Of a DNA stretch of 64,000 nt, positions 1 through 8,271 are shown in pieces (within the stretch, counting starts at the first letter, position 1; the number at the start of each line of letters is the position of its first letter). Location: positions 31,853 through 95,852 of the forward strand of contig JAHDOA010000007.1 in assembly GCA_018435055.1 (NCBI GenBank), read 5' to 3'. The notes beneath the pieces are model-generated. The model was not told the DNA's origin, did no database searches, and was given only the letters and a program-made list of their open reading frames with translations. The translations under genes were made by a program, and so were the position numbers. This stretch comes from Pelotomaculum sp. (GTDB lineage: Bacteria; Bacillota; Desulfotomaculia; Desulfotomaculales; Pelotomaculaceae).

Positions 1-131
1 TCTCCTCCGTGAGTTAAATCCTTAAATTATATCAAATATAACGCAAAAGGCGCGCGTAATAAACTGTTATAATAGGCTTAATGAGAGAATGGCTCTCTTC
101 AGATAAAGCTTAAACGACGGGATGGAGCAAG

Positions 132-563
132 TTGAAAATTATTGTTGACGCGGACGCGACACCAAAGAACGCGTTGGAAATCTGCCGCCGGGCGGCAAAG
201 GAATTTTCGGTGCCCCTGATAACAGTAGCCAGCTTTAACCACCGCATCGAGTCCGACCGGCACGTGGTGGTGGGAAACGCGCCCCAGGAGGCGGATATGC
301 AGGTAGTTAACCTGACCACCGGCGGGGATGTCGTCGTCACCCAGGACTGGGGCCTGGCGGCAATGGCGCTGGGCAAGGGAGCTAAAGCTTTGTCCCCGGC
401 CGGGCGGATTTTCCGTGAGGACACTATAGAATTTCTCCTGGAAGAAAGAGAAATGAAGGCAAAGTTCCGGCGGGGCGGCGGCAGGACCAGGGGACCCAGG
501 AAGAGAACTCCTGAAGACGACTTGAATTTCAAAGTGAACCTGTACTCCCTTCTCCAAACGTGA
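132..563 (+). CDS. YaiI/YqxD (DUF188) family protein
   Basis: [11 protein letters not shown]...[16 protein letters not shown] pattern typical of DUF188; GGAG RBS before TTG. Confidence 0.85.
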   Translation: MKIIVDADATPKNALEICRRAAKEFSVPLITVASFNHRIESDRHVVVGNAPQEADMQVVNLTTGGDVVVTQDWGLAAMALGKGAKALSPAGRIFREDTIEFLLEEREMKAKFRRGGGRTRGPRKRTPEDDLNFKVNLYSLLQT

Positions 564-564
564 T

Positions 565-593
565 CGTGTCAAGGGGATGGTTCTCTTGACACG
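565..593. repeat. REP-like hairpin, copy 1 (intact)
   Basis: CGTGTCAAG-GGGATGGTTCT-CTTGACACG, perfect 9-bp stem; core shared with 1115-1143, 1856-1870, 5413-5429 and 57340-57368. Confidence 0.85.
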
Positions 594-641
594 GTTTACT
601 TTAAAGTTTGTTACCCGGCCGGCCTGTTGTTAACCAAAACC

Positions 642-944
642 TTAAAGGCTGTTTTTTTCATAAAAGCTCTCAAGAGCCTCTAATGTTTTTCTGGTGTTAT
701 TCATCATAACTATTCCCAAATTCCATTTACCATGGAGATTACCCGCACTTTTCATAAAAGCCGCATCATAAAAATCATTGTATAATCTTCTCCTTAAATG
801 GTTGATATAATTATTTACCTGACTAAGTATATCTTCATTAGTCTTACCTTCAAATAAAATACCTCTAATTACTAGTGATATTTTCTTGTTAGCCTGTTTT
901 ATCACCGGTTTAAAAAAAGACTTAACATATGTTATTAATCCCAA
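642..944 (-). CDS. hypothetical protein (AT-rich)
   Basis: 100-aa ORF, TTG start with AAGGTGA RBS; no family recognised. Confidence 0.55.
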   Translation of the reverse strand: MGLITYVKSFFKPVIKQANKKISLVIRGILFEGKTNEDILSQVNNYINHLRRRLYNDFYDAAFMKSAGNLHGKWNLGIVMMNNTRKTLEALESFYEKNSL

Positions 945-1038
945 CTATATCATCACCTTTGTTTAAACATCTTTGGCTATATTTTAACATATTACCCTGG
1001 CTAAATTTGTCAATACTAGCCAGTGCCATTCATCCTGT

Positions 1039-1084
1039 AAAAAAGCTTCCTGCATACCTAATAGATGGTAAGCAGGAAGCTTTT
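1039..1084 (-). terminator. intrinsic (probably bidirectional) terminator after GNAT gene
   Basis: AAAAGCTTCCTGC...GCAGGAAGCTTTT stem with A/T tracts on both sides. Confidence 0.7.
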
Positions 1085-1114
1085 ATTGGTAACATATAAG
1101 AACTTCACTAAAAT

Positions 1115-1143
1115 GCGACAGGAGAGAACCGTCCCCTTGACAC
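1115..1143 (-). repeat. REP-like element, copy 2
   Basis: minus strand GTGTCAAGGGGACGGTTCTCTCCTGTCGC; inverted relative to copy 1. Confidence 0.8.
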
Positions 1144-1180
1144 AAAGGACGGACACGACTTATTTGCACTTACAGAGCAA

Positions 1181-1657
1181 TCAGAGATTTTTAAGCATTT
1201 GATAATAAATCAGTTTTATATCTTTTCCCACATCAATATATTTTTCTGCCTGTGTAACATATCCCAGAGAATCATAAAATCTTTTTGCTGTCAGTGATCC
1301 TGACAAATCAACAGCTTTTTGTCCCTCATTTGAAGCCCTGTTTTCCAACTCCTTCATGATTAATTTTCCGAGACCATGCCCTTGATAACATTTATTAACG
1401 AATACCCGCCTGATATTTGCACCAAGCAGTGTCCCAGTTCCAACAATTTCTTTTTCCAACTCCGCAATAATCGTATAACCGTTGAGGTAATCGTCATATA
1501 TGTTTTCTTTACAGTGATATTGTTTGAAAAAGCGTATCGCCTCTTCCGGATAAACACTGGTATACGATTTATCTATTGTATCCATCACCAGGATATAAAC
1601 AGGTTCAATATCTGCCGGTTCAAAGATTCTTAATATCACCTTTTCATTAGTTAACAT
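1181..1657 (-). CDS. GNAT family N-acetyltransferase
   Basis: acetyl-CoA motif A VFVNKCYQGHGLGK and C-terminal AKRFYDSLGY; AGGGGTGA RBS. Confidence 0.9.
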   Translation of the reverse strand: MLTNEKVILRIFEPADIEPVYILVMDTIDKSYTSVYPEEAIRFFKQYHCKENIYDDYLNGYTIIAELEKEIVGTGTLLGANIRRVFVNKCYQGHGLGKLIMKELENRASNEGQKAVDLSGSLTAKRFYDSLGYVTQAEKYIDVGKDIKLIYYQMLKNL

Positions 1658-1775
1658 AAAAGCTCTTCACCCCTTTAGAACCGGCTGACCGGCGACAGGA
1701 GAAAAACCCCGGCCTGAGCCGTGTGTTTACTGACGACTGCCAGAAACTGATGTGTTTAATGCCTTTTTCCACAAA

Positions 1776-1850
1776 GGGCCGTGGTAGTACAGCTATTACT
1801 TCCACGTAGGGCTCTTTCATCCCCTGCCCTATGCCGGTTTATCCCGGCGT
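1776..1850 (-). mobile_element. 5' remnant of a group II intron RNA (domain I start), copy A
   Basis: minus strand ACGCCGGGATAAACCGGCATAGGGCAGGGGATGAAAGAGCCCTACGTGGAAGTAATAGC...CCACGGCCC resembles the GTGCGCCGGG...GAAGGAGTAGC...GGCCCC start of bacterial group II introns (recognised from memory); no RT ORF or domain V. Confidence 0.6.
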
Positions 1851-1855
1851 CTTTC

Positions 1856-1870
1856 GAACCGTCCCCATGA
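1856..1870 (-). repeat. REP-like left arm, copy 3 (right arm apparently displaced to 1692-1702)
   Basis: TCATGGGGACGGTTC; TCTCCTGTCGC at 1702-1692 is identical to the continuation in copy 2. Confidence 0.6.
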
Positions 1871-1996
1871 TCCCCCACACCCCAACCGGGTGTGTTTTTG
1901 TTTGATATTGGTTTTCCTAGTAGCAAAATTTTTATTTACATAAACAATTAAATGGGTATATAATTTACACAGCTAACTATAATGGAAGTGAAGTAA

Positions 1997-2437
1997 TTGA
2001 CTGATAATCTGATTTCTACTTTTGAAGAATTTGAACGGCTGTTAAAGTCAGTCTGGCAAAAATATCACCGGTATGTTGTGCCGGACATTTGCGGTCTTTC
2101 CCCTGTTCAGCTCTTCCTGCTGAAGTATGTACACGACAGAAAAGTCTGCAGACCTTCCGAAATCGCCATGGAGTTCGGGGTTACTCTCGGTGCGGTAACA
2201 GGTTTAATTGACCGTTTGCTCAAACTTGATCTCGTGTACAGAGAGCGCACCGAAGAGGACCGCAGGCTGGTATTAATCAGGTTAACTACCAGGGGAATGG
2301 ATACTGTTAAAGATTTTGACTTGCAACGCCGGCAAAAATTCACGGAGATTGCTCAAAACCTTGATGATGAAGACCTGGCCCGGCTGCTGCCGCTGATGAA
2401 AAAAATGTGCCTGTCCCTTAATAATTTAAAACACTGA
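1997..2437 (+). CDS. MarR family transcriptional regulator
   Basis: LSPVQLFLL...VTGLIDRLLKLDLVYRERTEEDRRLVLIRLT winged-helix signature. Confidence 0.92.
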   Translation: MTDNLISTFEEFERLLKSVWQKYHRYVVPDICGLSPVQLFLLKYVHDRKVCRPSEIAMEFGVTLGAVTGLIDRLLKLDLVYRERTEEDRRLVLIRLTTRGMDTVKDFDLQRRQKFTEIAQNLDDEDLARLLPLMKKMCLSLNNLKH

Positions 2438-2453
2438 AAAAAGGAGCAGCAAA

Positions 2454-4139
2454 ATGGGTATTCTACAGAGAACTGTCGGCTTAACCATTAATACTGTCGC
2501 CGGATCTTTTTTTAGAAATTTTGTTGCGGACACCCGCCGTGCCTCTGATGTTGAAGAATTAGTATTAATGAATATACTGGCGGACAACAAGAACACTGAC
2601 TTTGGCCTGCGTCACGGATTTGCCGGTATTACCTCCAAGAAAGAGTATAAAGATGCGGCGCCTCTGTCCACATACGATAATTACCGAAAAGATATTGAAA
2701 AATTAGCAGCCGGAGAAACCAATATCCTTACCTCGGAACCGGTAAAATATTTTGGCCTCACGTCAGGAACCACAGGGACCCAAAAAATGATCCCTGTCAC
2801 ACCCCGCTCTCACCGCATAGTAGCGGAACATATGGGTTTGTTAATGCAAGGAGTTTTATTTAATATTATCCCTGATTCCCGCCGTTTTGACCGGGGCTTG
2901 ATGCTTATCAACACGGTCACCTCAGGTTTAACACCGGCAGGCATCCCCACCGGCGCCGGCACCTCCGGCGGAATGCAGTCCATGAAGCGGCTGTTCCCGT
3001 ACCTGTGGACCTCACCTGCTGAAATATTTGAAATTAAAAGCCAGCCAGACGCCAACTACCTGCACCTGCTTTTCGCATTGAAGCATAAAAACCTGATGTA
3101 TATTGGAGCGCCCTTTGCCTCCGCTGTTCTGGAGCTGTTTAAGCAGCTGGAAAAATGTTGGCCCAGGCTGGTCGACGATCTGTCCAGAGGAAGCATAAAC
3201 GAAGAAATTCACCTGGATTTACCTGCAAGACACCGTTTGCAAAAAACCCTCCGCCCGGACCGTGCCAGGGCAGATGAATTAAAAAAGGAATTTGAGCGGG
3301 GTTTTGCCGGCATCGCCCGGCGGATCTGGCCCCGCCTCCTTTATATTAACAGTGTCGCCGGAGGCAGCTTTAGTATCTACGCCAAGAAATTAGAGCAATA
3401 TTTAGCGGGTATACCAATTTACTCTGCGGTCTACGGAGCGACAGAGGTCTTTATCGGCATCAGCCTGGAACCAGGTGAAACAACCTATGTTTTAACACCA
3501 AGAACCGCTTATCATGAATTTATTCCACTTAAATTTGCAGATGAAATCAATCCGCAAACGCTCGATCTTGAAGATTTGACTGTCGGGGAATGCTATGAAG
3601 TGGCTGTAACCAATTTTGCCGGTCTTTATCGCTACCGCCTTGGGGATATTGTTAAGGTCGCCGGCTACTACAACGAGTGCCCGGTAATCGAGTTTCTGTA
3701 CCGGAAGGGGCAACTTTTAAACCTCACAGGTGAAAAAACTTCTGAACAGGCTGTTTGCCACGCAGTCTTTCAGGCAGCGGCACGGACGGGTGTTGAGCTG
3801 GTTGATTACACGACGGTGGCTGACTGTGAGAATTCCCCGGGCCGGTATATCTTTTACGTAGAAGTAAAACTACCGGCGGGCGGCGGCAAAAACCTGCGCG
3901 GCACAGACGTGATTGAAGAAGCCCTCTGCCATGCCAATCCACGCTACCAGGCAGGCCGGCAGGCGGGGAAGATCGGACTGCCCGCAGTTAAGGTCGTCAA
4001 ACCCGGGACTTTTGGGGAATTAGTGAAGATACTCATAAAAAATGGCACATCAGCTAATCAATTAAAGATACCGCGGGTAGTAAGCGCTAAGAAACTGGTC
4101 GACTTTTTAGACCGCAACTGCATTTCACCAGGGAGATGA
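2454..4139 (+). CDS. GH3 family acyl acid-amido synthetase-like protein
   Basis: GH3 motifs: LTSGTTGTQKMIP P-loop, YGATE, LYRYRLGDIVKVAGYYNECP...RKGQLLNLTGEK. Confidence 0.9.
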   Translation: MGILQRTVGLTINTVAGSFFRNFVADTRRASDVEELVLMNILADNKNTDFGLRHGFAGITSKKEYKDAAPLSTYDNYRKDIEKLAAGETNILTSEPVKYFGLTSGTTGTQKMIPVTPRSHRIVAEHMGLLMQGVLFNIIPDSRRFDRGLMLINTVTSGLTPAGIPTGAGTSGGMQSMKRLFPYLWTSPAEIFEIKSQPDANYLHLLFALKHKNLMYIGAPFASAVLELFKQLEKCWPRLVDDLSRGSINEEIHLDLPARHRLQKTLRPDRARADELKKEFERGFAGIARRIWPRLLYINSVAGGSFSIYAKKLEQYLAGIPIYSAVYGATEVFIGISLEPGETTYVLTPRTAYHEFIPLKFADEINPQTLDLEDLTVGECYEVAVTNFAGLYRYRLGDIVKVAGYYNECPVIEFLYRKGQLLNLTGEKTSEQAVCHAVFQAAARTGVELVDYTTVADCENSPGRYIFYVEVKLPAGGGKNLRGTDVIEEALCHANPRYQAGRQAGKIGLPAVKVVKPGTFGELVKILIKNGTSANQLKIPRVVSAKKLVDFLDRNCISPGR

Positions 4140-5314
4140 GCTATATGAAAAATCACAGCAGAGAGACTATAATATTATTTTTTAGTTTATTTTTAGTAAT
4201 GGTCGGCTTTGGCATTATCATTCCGATCCTTCCTTTTTTTGTTACGCGCCTTAACGGCAACGCAACAGCGCTGGGATTTTTAATGGCTTCTTATTCCCTG
4301 ATGCAATTTTTCTTTGCTCCATTCTGGGGAAGACTCTCTGATCGAATAGGCCGCCGTCCTGTTCTCCTCATCGGTTTAAGCGGCTATGGCATAACCTTTA
4401 TTCTTTTCGGCCTTTCAACCCAGTTATGGATGCTCTTTTCGGCCAGAATTTTATCCGGTATAATCTCTTCGGCCACCCTGCCGACGGCCATGGCTTATAT
4501 CTCTGATATAACAGCCAGCAAGGACAGGGCCGGGGGGATGGGAACAATGGGAGCGGCCATGGGCCTGGGTATGATCTTCGGACCTGCCCTGGGAGGATGG
4601 CTTGGCCACTACAGCTTCTCACTGCCGTTTTTCGTCGCCGGGGGCCTTGCCATACTCACCCTTCCATTTGCCTGGTTCTTCCTGACGGAATCTTTAAAGG
4701 AACCGGGTGTAAGTACCCAGGAAGGCCGGCGGCTGTCCCTCGAAATATCTAAAAATCCCCAGTTCCCTCTTTTTTTCGTCGCTTTTGTGGTCAGCTTTTC
4801 CATGGCCATGTTTGAGAGTACCTTTGCCCTATTTGCTGCGGCGAGGGTCGGTTTCGGCCCCAGGGAAATGGGACTTCTTTTTACCGTTATAGGTGTTCTG
4901 AGCGTAATCATTCAAGCAGGTATGATCGGCAGGCTTGTCAACAGGTTCGGCGATGCAATGGTGATTACTGCAGGTATCGTTATTTCTGTAATCGGTTTCC
5001 TCCTTCTCATGGTTGCTCCCAATGCTGCTTTTATAATCGTTTACGCCGGAATATTCACCGCGGGAAACAGCCTGCTGCGGCCCAGTATTTCCACACTGGT
5101 CACCAAGACGGCACGTGAAGAAGAGCAAGGTTCCGCGGTGGGAATAATGCAGTCCTTTGACAGTCTGGGACGTATCCTGGGCCCGGTAACCGGCGGCATT
5201 GTCTTTGATTTTAACATCAACTTCCCTTACCTGCTCGGGATAATGGTATTAATTGCAGTTTTACTCTTTTTCAAACGCCACCAGGCCAATTTTTCGATGG
5301 AATCACGTGCATGA
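4136..5314 (+). CDS. MFS drug:H+ antiporter (TetA/Bmr-like)
   Basis: 12 hydrophobic segments, motif A GRLSDRIGRRPVL; ATGA overlap with the GH3 stop. Confidence 0.92.
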   Translation: MSYMKNHSRETIILFFSLFLVMVGFGIIIPILPFFVTRLNGNATALGFLMASYSLMQFFFAPFWGRLSDRIGRRPVLLIGLSGYGITFILFGLSTQLWMLFSARILSGIISSATLPTAMAYISDITASKDRAGGMGTMGAAMGLGMIFGPALGGWLGHYSFSLPFFVAGGLAILTLPFAWFFLTESLKEPGVSTQEGRRLSLEISKNPQFPLFFVAFVVSFSMAMFESTFALFAAARVGFGPREMGLLFTVIGVLSVIIQAGMIGRLVNRFGDAMVITAGIVISVIGFLLLMVAPNAAFIIVYAGIFTAGNSLLRPSISTLVTKTAREEEQGSAVGIMQSFDSLGRILGPVTGGIVFDFNINFPYLLGIMVLIAVLLFFKRHQANFSMESRA

Positions 5315-5399
5315 ATCTGGGCCGTGGTGGCGCGGCTACTCCTTCCACGTAGGGTTCTCTCATCCCCTGCCCTTGCCATATGCCGGTTTATCCCGGTAC
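5305..5399 (-). mobile_element. 5' remnant of a group II intron RNA, copy B
   Basis: minus strand GTACCGGGATAAACCGGCA...GGGGATGAGAGAACCCTACGTGGAAGGAGTAGCCGCGCCACCACGGCCCAGATTCATGCACG; direct repeat of 1776-1850. Confidence 0.6.
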
Positions 5400-5412
5400 A
5401 GTAGAACGGCTC

Positions 5413-5429
5413 AACCGTCCCCGTGACAC
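5413..5429 (-). repeat. REP-like left arm, copy 4
   Basis: GTGTCACGGGGACGGTT next to intron remnant B. Confidence 0.65.
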
Positions 5430-5443
5430 CGCTTGTTATAGTT

Positions 5444-7984
5444 TTAGAAGACGGGAGCCCAGGTGACCAGGGGCAGCTCTGTAAGGGGGAAATCCCTGCT
5501 GTCCGGCCTTACGCGCACCGTATATCCGTAGGAACCCTGCGGCAGGGTCAGGCTGCCTTTATAACGGTAGACATTGTCGTTTATTTCTCCTTCCAGAGTC
5601 ATCGGCACAACTACGATATTTCTCAGCTCACCTTCCACTGCCTCCCCGTACACAATCTCCAGGATGACGCTTCTGGTATAGATCAGGCCCAGGTTGACCA
5701 CAGCGGATATCTTGATCTCCTCGCCGGCGAGCATTTTTGTCCTGCCGCTTGATTCCACTGAAACAAAAGAAACCTGGTCCCAGTAATCAATTATAAGCTT
5801 TTTGAAGTTGGCGGCATGATTAGCCAGGTAATTTTCATTTGCCGCGAACATTTTTCCCCGGTCAATTGCCGGTATGTAAAAGCGATCCGTGTATTCCGCC
5901 ACCATCCGGCCGGTGTTAAAGACCGGAGCGATAGTTTTTATCGTTTCTTTCATCATGCGCACCCACTCCGGTGAAAACCCGTCTTCCCTGCGGTAATACA
6001 TCGGTATAACTTTTTCCTCCAGCACGCTGTAGAGAGAAAAGCAATCGTCCCGGTCCTGGATATCTTCGTTTAAATAGGCTTGGTCGGAACCAACAATAAA
6101 ACCGTTATTTCCATTATAGGCTTCAGGCCACCAACCGTCCAAAGTACTGACATTGATTAACCCGTTTAACGACGCCTTCAGACCGCTGGTACCGCTGGCC
6201 TCCATCGGGCGGCGCGGCGTGTTGAGCCATACGTCCACCCCCTGTACCAGGTGGCGGGCAAGGTGGATGTCGTAGTTTTCCAGCAGCACTATCTTGCCCC
6301 TGAATCCGGGCGTTTGTGAAAAATCATATATTTTTTTAATTAACTCCTGCCCCAGTGTATCGGCCGGGTGGGCCTTGCCGGAAAACACAAACCGCACCGG
6401 GCGTTCATTGTTGTTAAGCAGGCGTTCCAGCCTTTCCGGGGTGCGAAAAAGAAGGGTCGCTCTCTTATATGTGGCAAAGCGCCGGGCAAAACCAATGGTC
6501 AGGATATCAGGGTCAAGATAGCCGTCTACCTCCAGTATGCTCTGGATCGGCTCACGGTTGCGCCGGCGTTGCTGCTTCAGGTTAGCCCGCGCAAAGGAGA
6601 TCATCCTCTCCTTGAGCAACCGGTGCACTCTCCACAGTTCCCGGTCAGGTATCAGGTCAACCTTATTCCATATTTCTTGTTCTCTAAGCTGCTCAAACCA
6701 CCTTTTGCCGAGATAGCGGGCAAAAAGCTCTTTGATTTCCGCAGCCAGCCAGGTCCCTACATGGACACCGTTGGTAACCGAGGTAACCGGTATCTCCTCA
6801 GGGTGTAACCTGCTATACTCGGATTGGAACATTTTTCTCGACACCTCTCCGTGCAGGCGGCTTACACCATTGGTGAGGAAAGCGTGACGGAGCGCCAGCA
6901 GGGTCATGTTGAAGCTGTTTCGCTCCGCATCCCAGGCTAAACCTTTAAGTGTTTTAAGATCTATACCCATTTCGCTAATCATGTGTGCAAAATATTTTAT
7001 TATAAATTCTTCGGTGAAAAGGTCATGGCCTGCCGGCACGGGCGTATGGGTGGTAAAAATAGTTGAGGCCCGCACGACCTCCCTGGCGGTTTCAAAAGAA
7101 ACCATGTAGCGCATCAGTTCCCTGATCCGCTCAATAATTAAAAAGGCGGCGTGACCTTCGTTGATGTGCCAGACGCTGGGGTTAATCCGCATCGCCCGCA
7201 GCGCCCTCACACCCCCAACTCCCAGGACAATCTCCTGGGAAAGGCGGTACTCCCGGTCACCACCGTACAACTGTCCTGTCAGGTTGCGGTCCTGCGGCGA
7301 ATTCTTAGAAGTATCGGTGTCAAGCAAATAGACTGTGACTCTTCCCACTTTTACCTGCCAGACCTGGACAAACACCGTCCTCCCCTGCAATTCCACTGTC
7401 ACGTCGAGCTGGCTGCCGTCGGGGTTGTGCACAGGCGTTATCGGCAGTTCATAAAAATTGAGGTGCGGGTACTCGGCCTCCTGCATCCCTTCGCTGTTTA
7501 TCCTCTGATGAAAATAGCCCTGTTTATACAGCAGGCCGACACCGATAAACGGCAAACCCAGGTCACTGGCTGATTTACAGTGGTCCCCCGCTAAAAGGCC
7601 CAGTCCCCCGGAATAAATAGGGTGGGATTCATGCAGACCGAATTCGGCGGAAAAGTAGGCGATAATGTCCTCTCTATATTCAGGGTATTTCCCGTCAAAC
7701 CAGGTCTTCCGGCTTATGTAGCGGTCATATAAATCAAGCGTCCTCTTGTAAAGGACCAGGTAGTCATCATCATGCGCCGCTCTATCAAGGTCTTCCTTTT
7801 GGACGCGCATAAGAAATTTGACGGGGTTGTGCTCGACTTCCCGCCAGAGTTCAGGATTGATTGATCTGAAGAACTCGATGCCGGCCGGGCTCCAACTAAA
7901 CCAGAAATCATAAGCAATTTCTCTCAGCCGGCTGATTGGTTCCGGCAACCCGGGTGTTACGGATACTATACGGAAAGGAAACAT
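5444..7984 (-). CDS. glgP: alpha-glucan (glycogen) phosphorylase
   Basis: YFSAEFGLHESHPIYSGGLGLLAGD, HINEGHAAF and the PLP motif EASGTSGLKA. Confidence 0.96.
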   Translation of the reverse strand: MFPFRIVSVTPGLPEPISRLREIAYDFWFSWSPAGIEFFRSINPELWREVEHNPVKFLMRVQKEDLDRAAHDDDYLVLYKRTLDLYDRYISRKTWFDGKYPEYREDIIAYFSAEFGLHESHPIYSGGLGLLAGDHCKSASDLGLPFIGVGLLYKQGYFHQRINSEGMQEAEYPHLNFYELPITPVHNPDGSQLDVTVELQGRTVFVQVWQVKVGRVTVYLLDTDTSKNSPQDRNLTGQLYGGDREYRLSQEIVLGVGGVRALRAMRINPSVWHINEGHAAFLIIERIRELMRYMVSFETAREVVRASTIFTTHTPVPAGHDLFTEEFIIKYFAHMISEMGIDLKTLKGLAWDAERNSFNMTLLALRHAFLTNGVSRLHGEVSRKMFQSEYSRLHPEEIPVTSVTNGVHVGTWLAAEIKELFARYLGKRWFEQLREQEIWNKVDLIPDRELWRVHRLLKERMISFARANLKQQRRRNREPIQSILEVDGYLDPDILTIGFARRFATYKRATLLFRTPERLERLLNNNERPVRFVFSGKAHPADTLGQELIKKIYDFSQTPGFRGKIVLLENYDIHLARHLVQGVDVWLNTPRRPMEASGTSGLKASLNGLINVSTLDGWWPEAYNGNNGFIVGSDQAYLNEDIQDRDDCFSLYSVLEEKVIPMYYRREDGFSPEWVRMMKETIKTIAPVFNTGRMVAEYTDRFYIPAIDRGKMFAANENYLANHAANFKKLIIDYWDQVSFVSVESSGRTKMLAGEEIKISAVVNLGLIYTRSVILEIVYGEAVEGELRNIVVVPMTLEGEINDNVYRYKGSLTLPQGSYGYTVRVRPDSRDFPLTELPLVTWAPVF

Positions 7985-8012
7985 ATGACGGCCTCCTGGA
8001 TTTTTTGGGAAA

Positions 8013-8040
8013 CTTCTACTCCGTTCCTGCTAAATCCTTT
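8013..8040 (-). promoter_or_regulatory. SigH-like promoter for glgP
   Basis: AAAGGATTT-N12-GTAGAAG vs consensus RNAGGAWWW-N11/12-RNNGAAT. Confidence 0.5.
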
Positions 8041-8199
8041 TAATCATGATAATATCGATTAAAATTAAAGATATAGCCTGACTTTAACACAAAGCGCTAC
8101 TTATATATTATGAATTTTAGGCGCCGGCCGAAACTAAAAACCCCTTAACCCGCTTCAATCTGAGCGGGAACTGTGAATTTATGTCCTTTAAAAAAAATT

Positions 8200-8226
8200 G
8201 CAGGATTTTTCATTTTATATTCGAAG
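8200..8226 (+). promoter_or_regulatory. SigH-like promoter for the acyl-CoA ligase operon
   Basis: GCAGGATTT-N12-TCGAAG. Confidence 0.5.
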
Positions 8227-8271
8227 TAGTTAAACACTTTCATAACACCGGGGGATAAGGATTTACAAGAG

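Noticed and set aside
1661-1700. Group II intron domain V/VI (CCGGTTCTAAAGGGG on the minus strand)
   Set aside because: No AGC/CGC catalytic triad helix; the AGGGGTGA is better explained as the GNAT RBS.
565-5430. CRISPR array or classical integron
   Set aside because: Repeats are irregularly spaced around whole genes, vary in orientation and lack attC GTTRRRY ends; no cas or intI gene.
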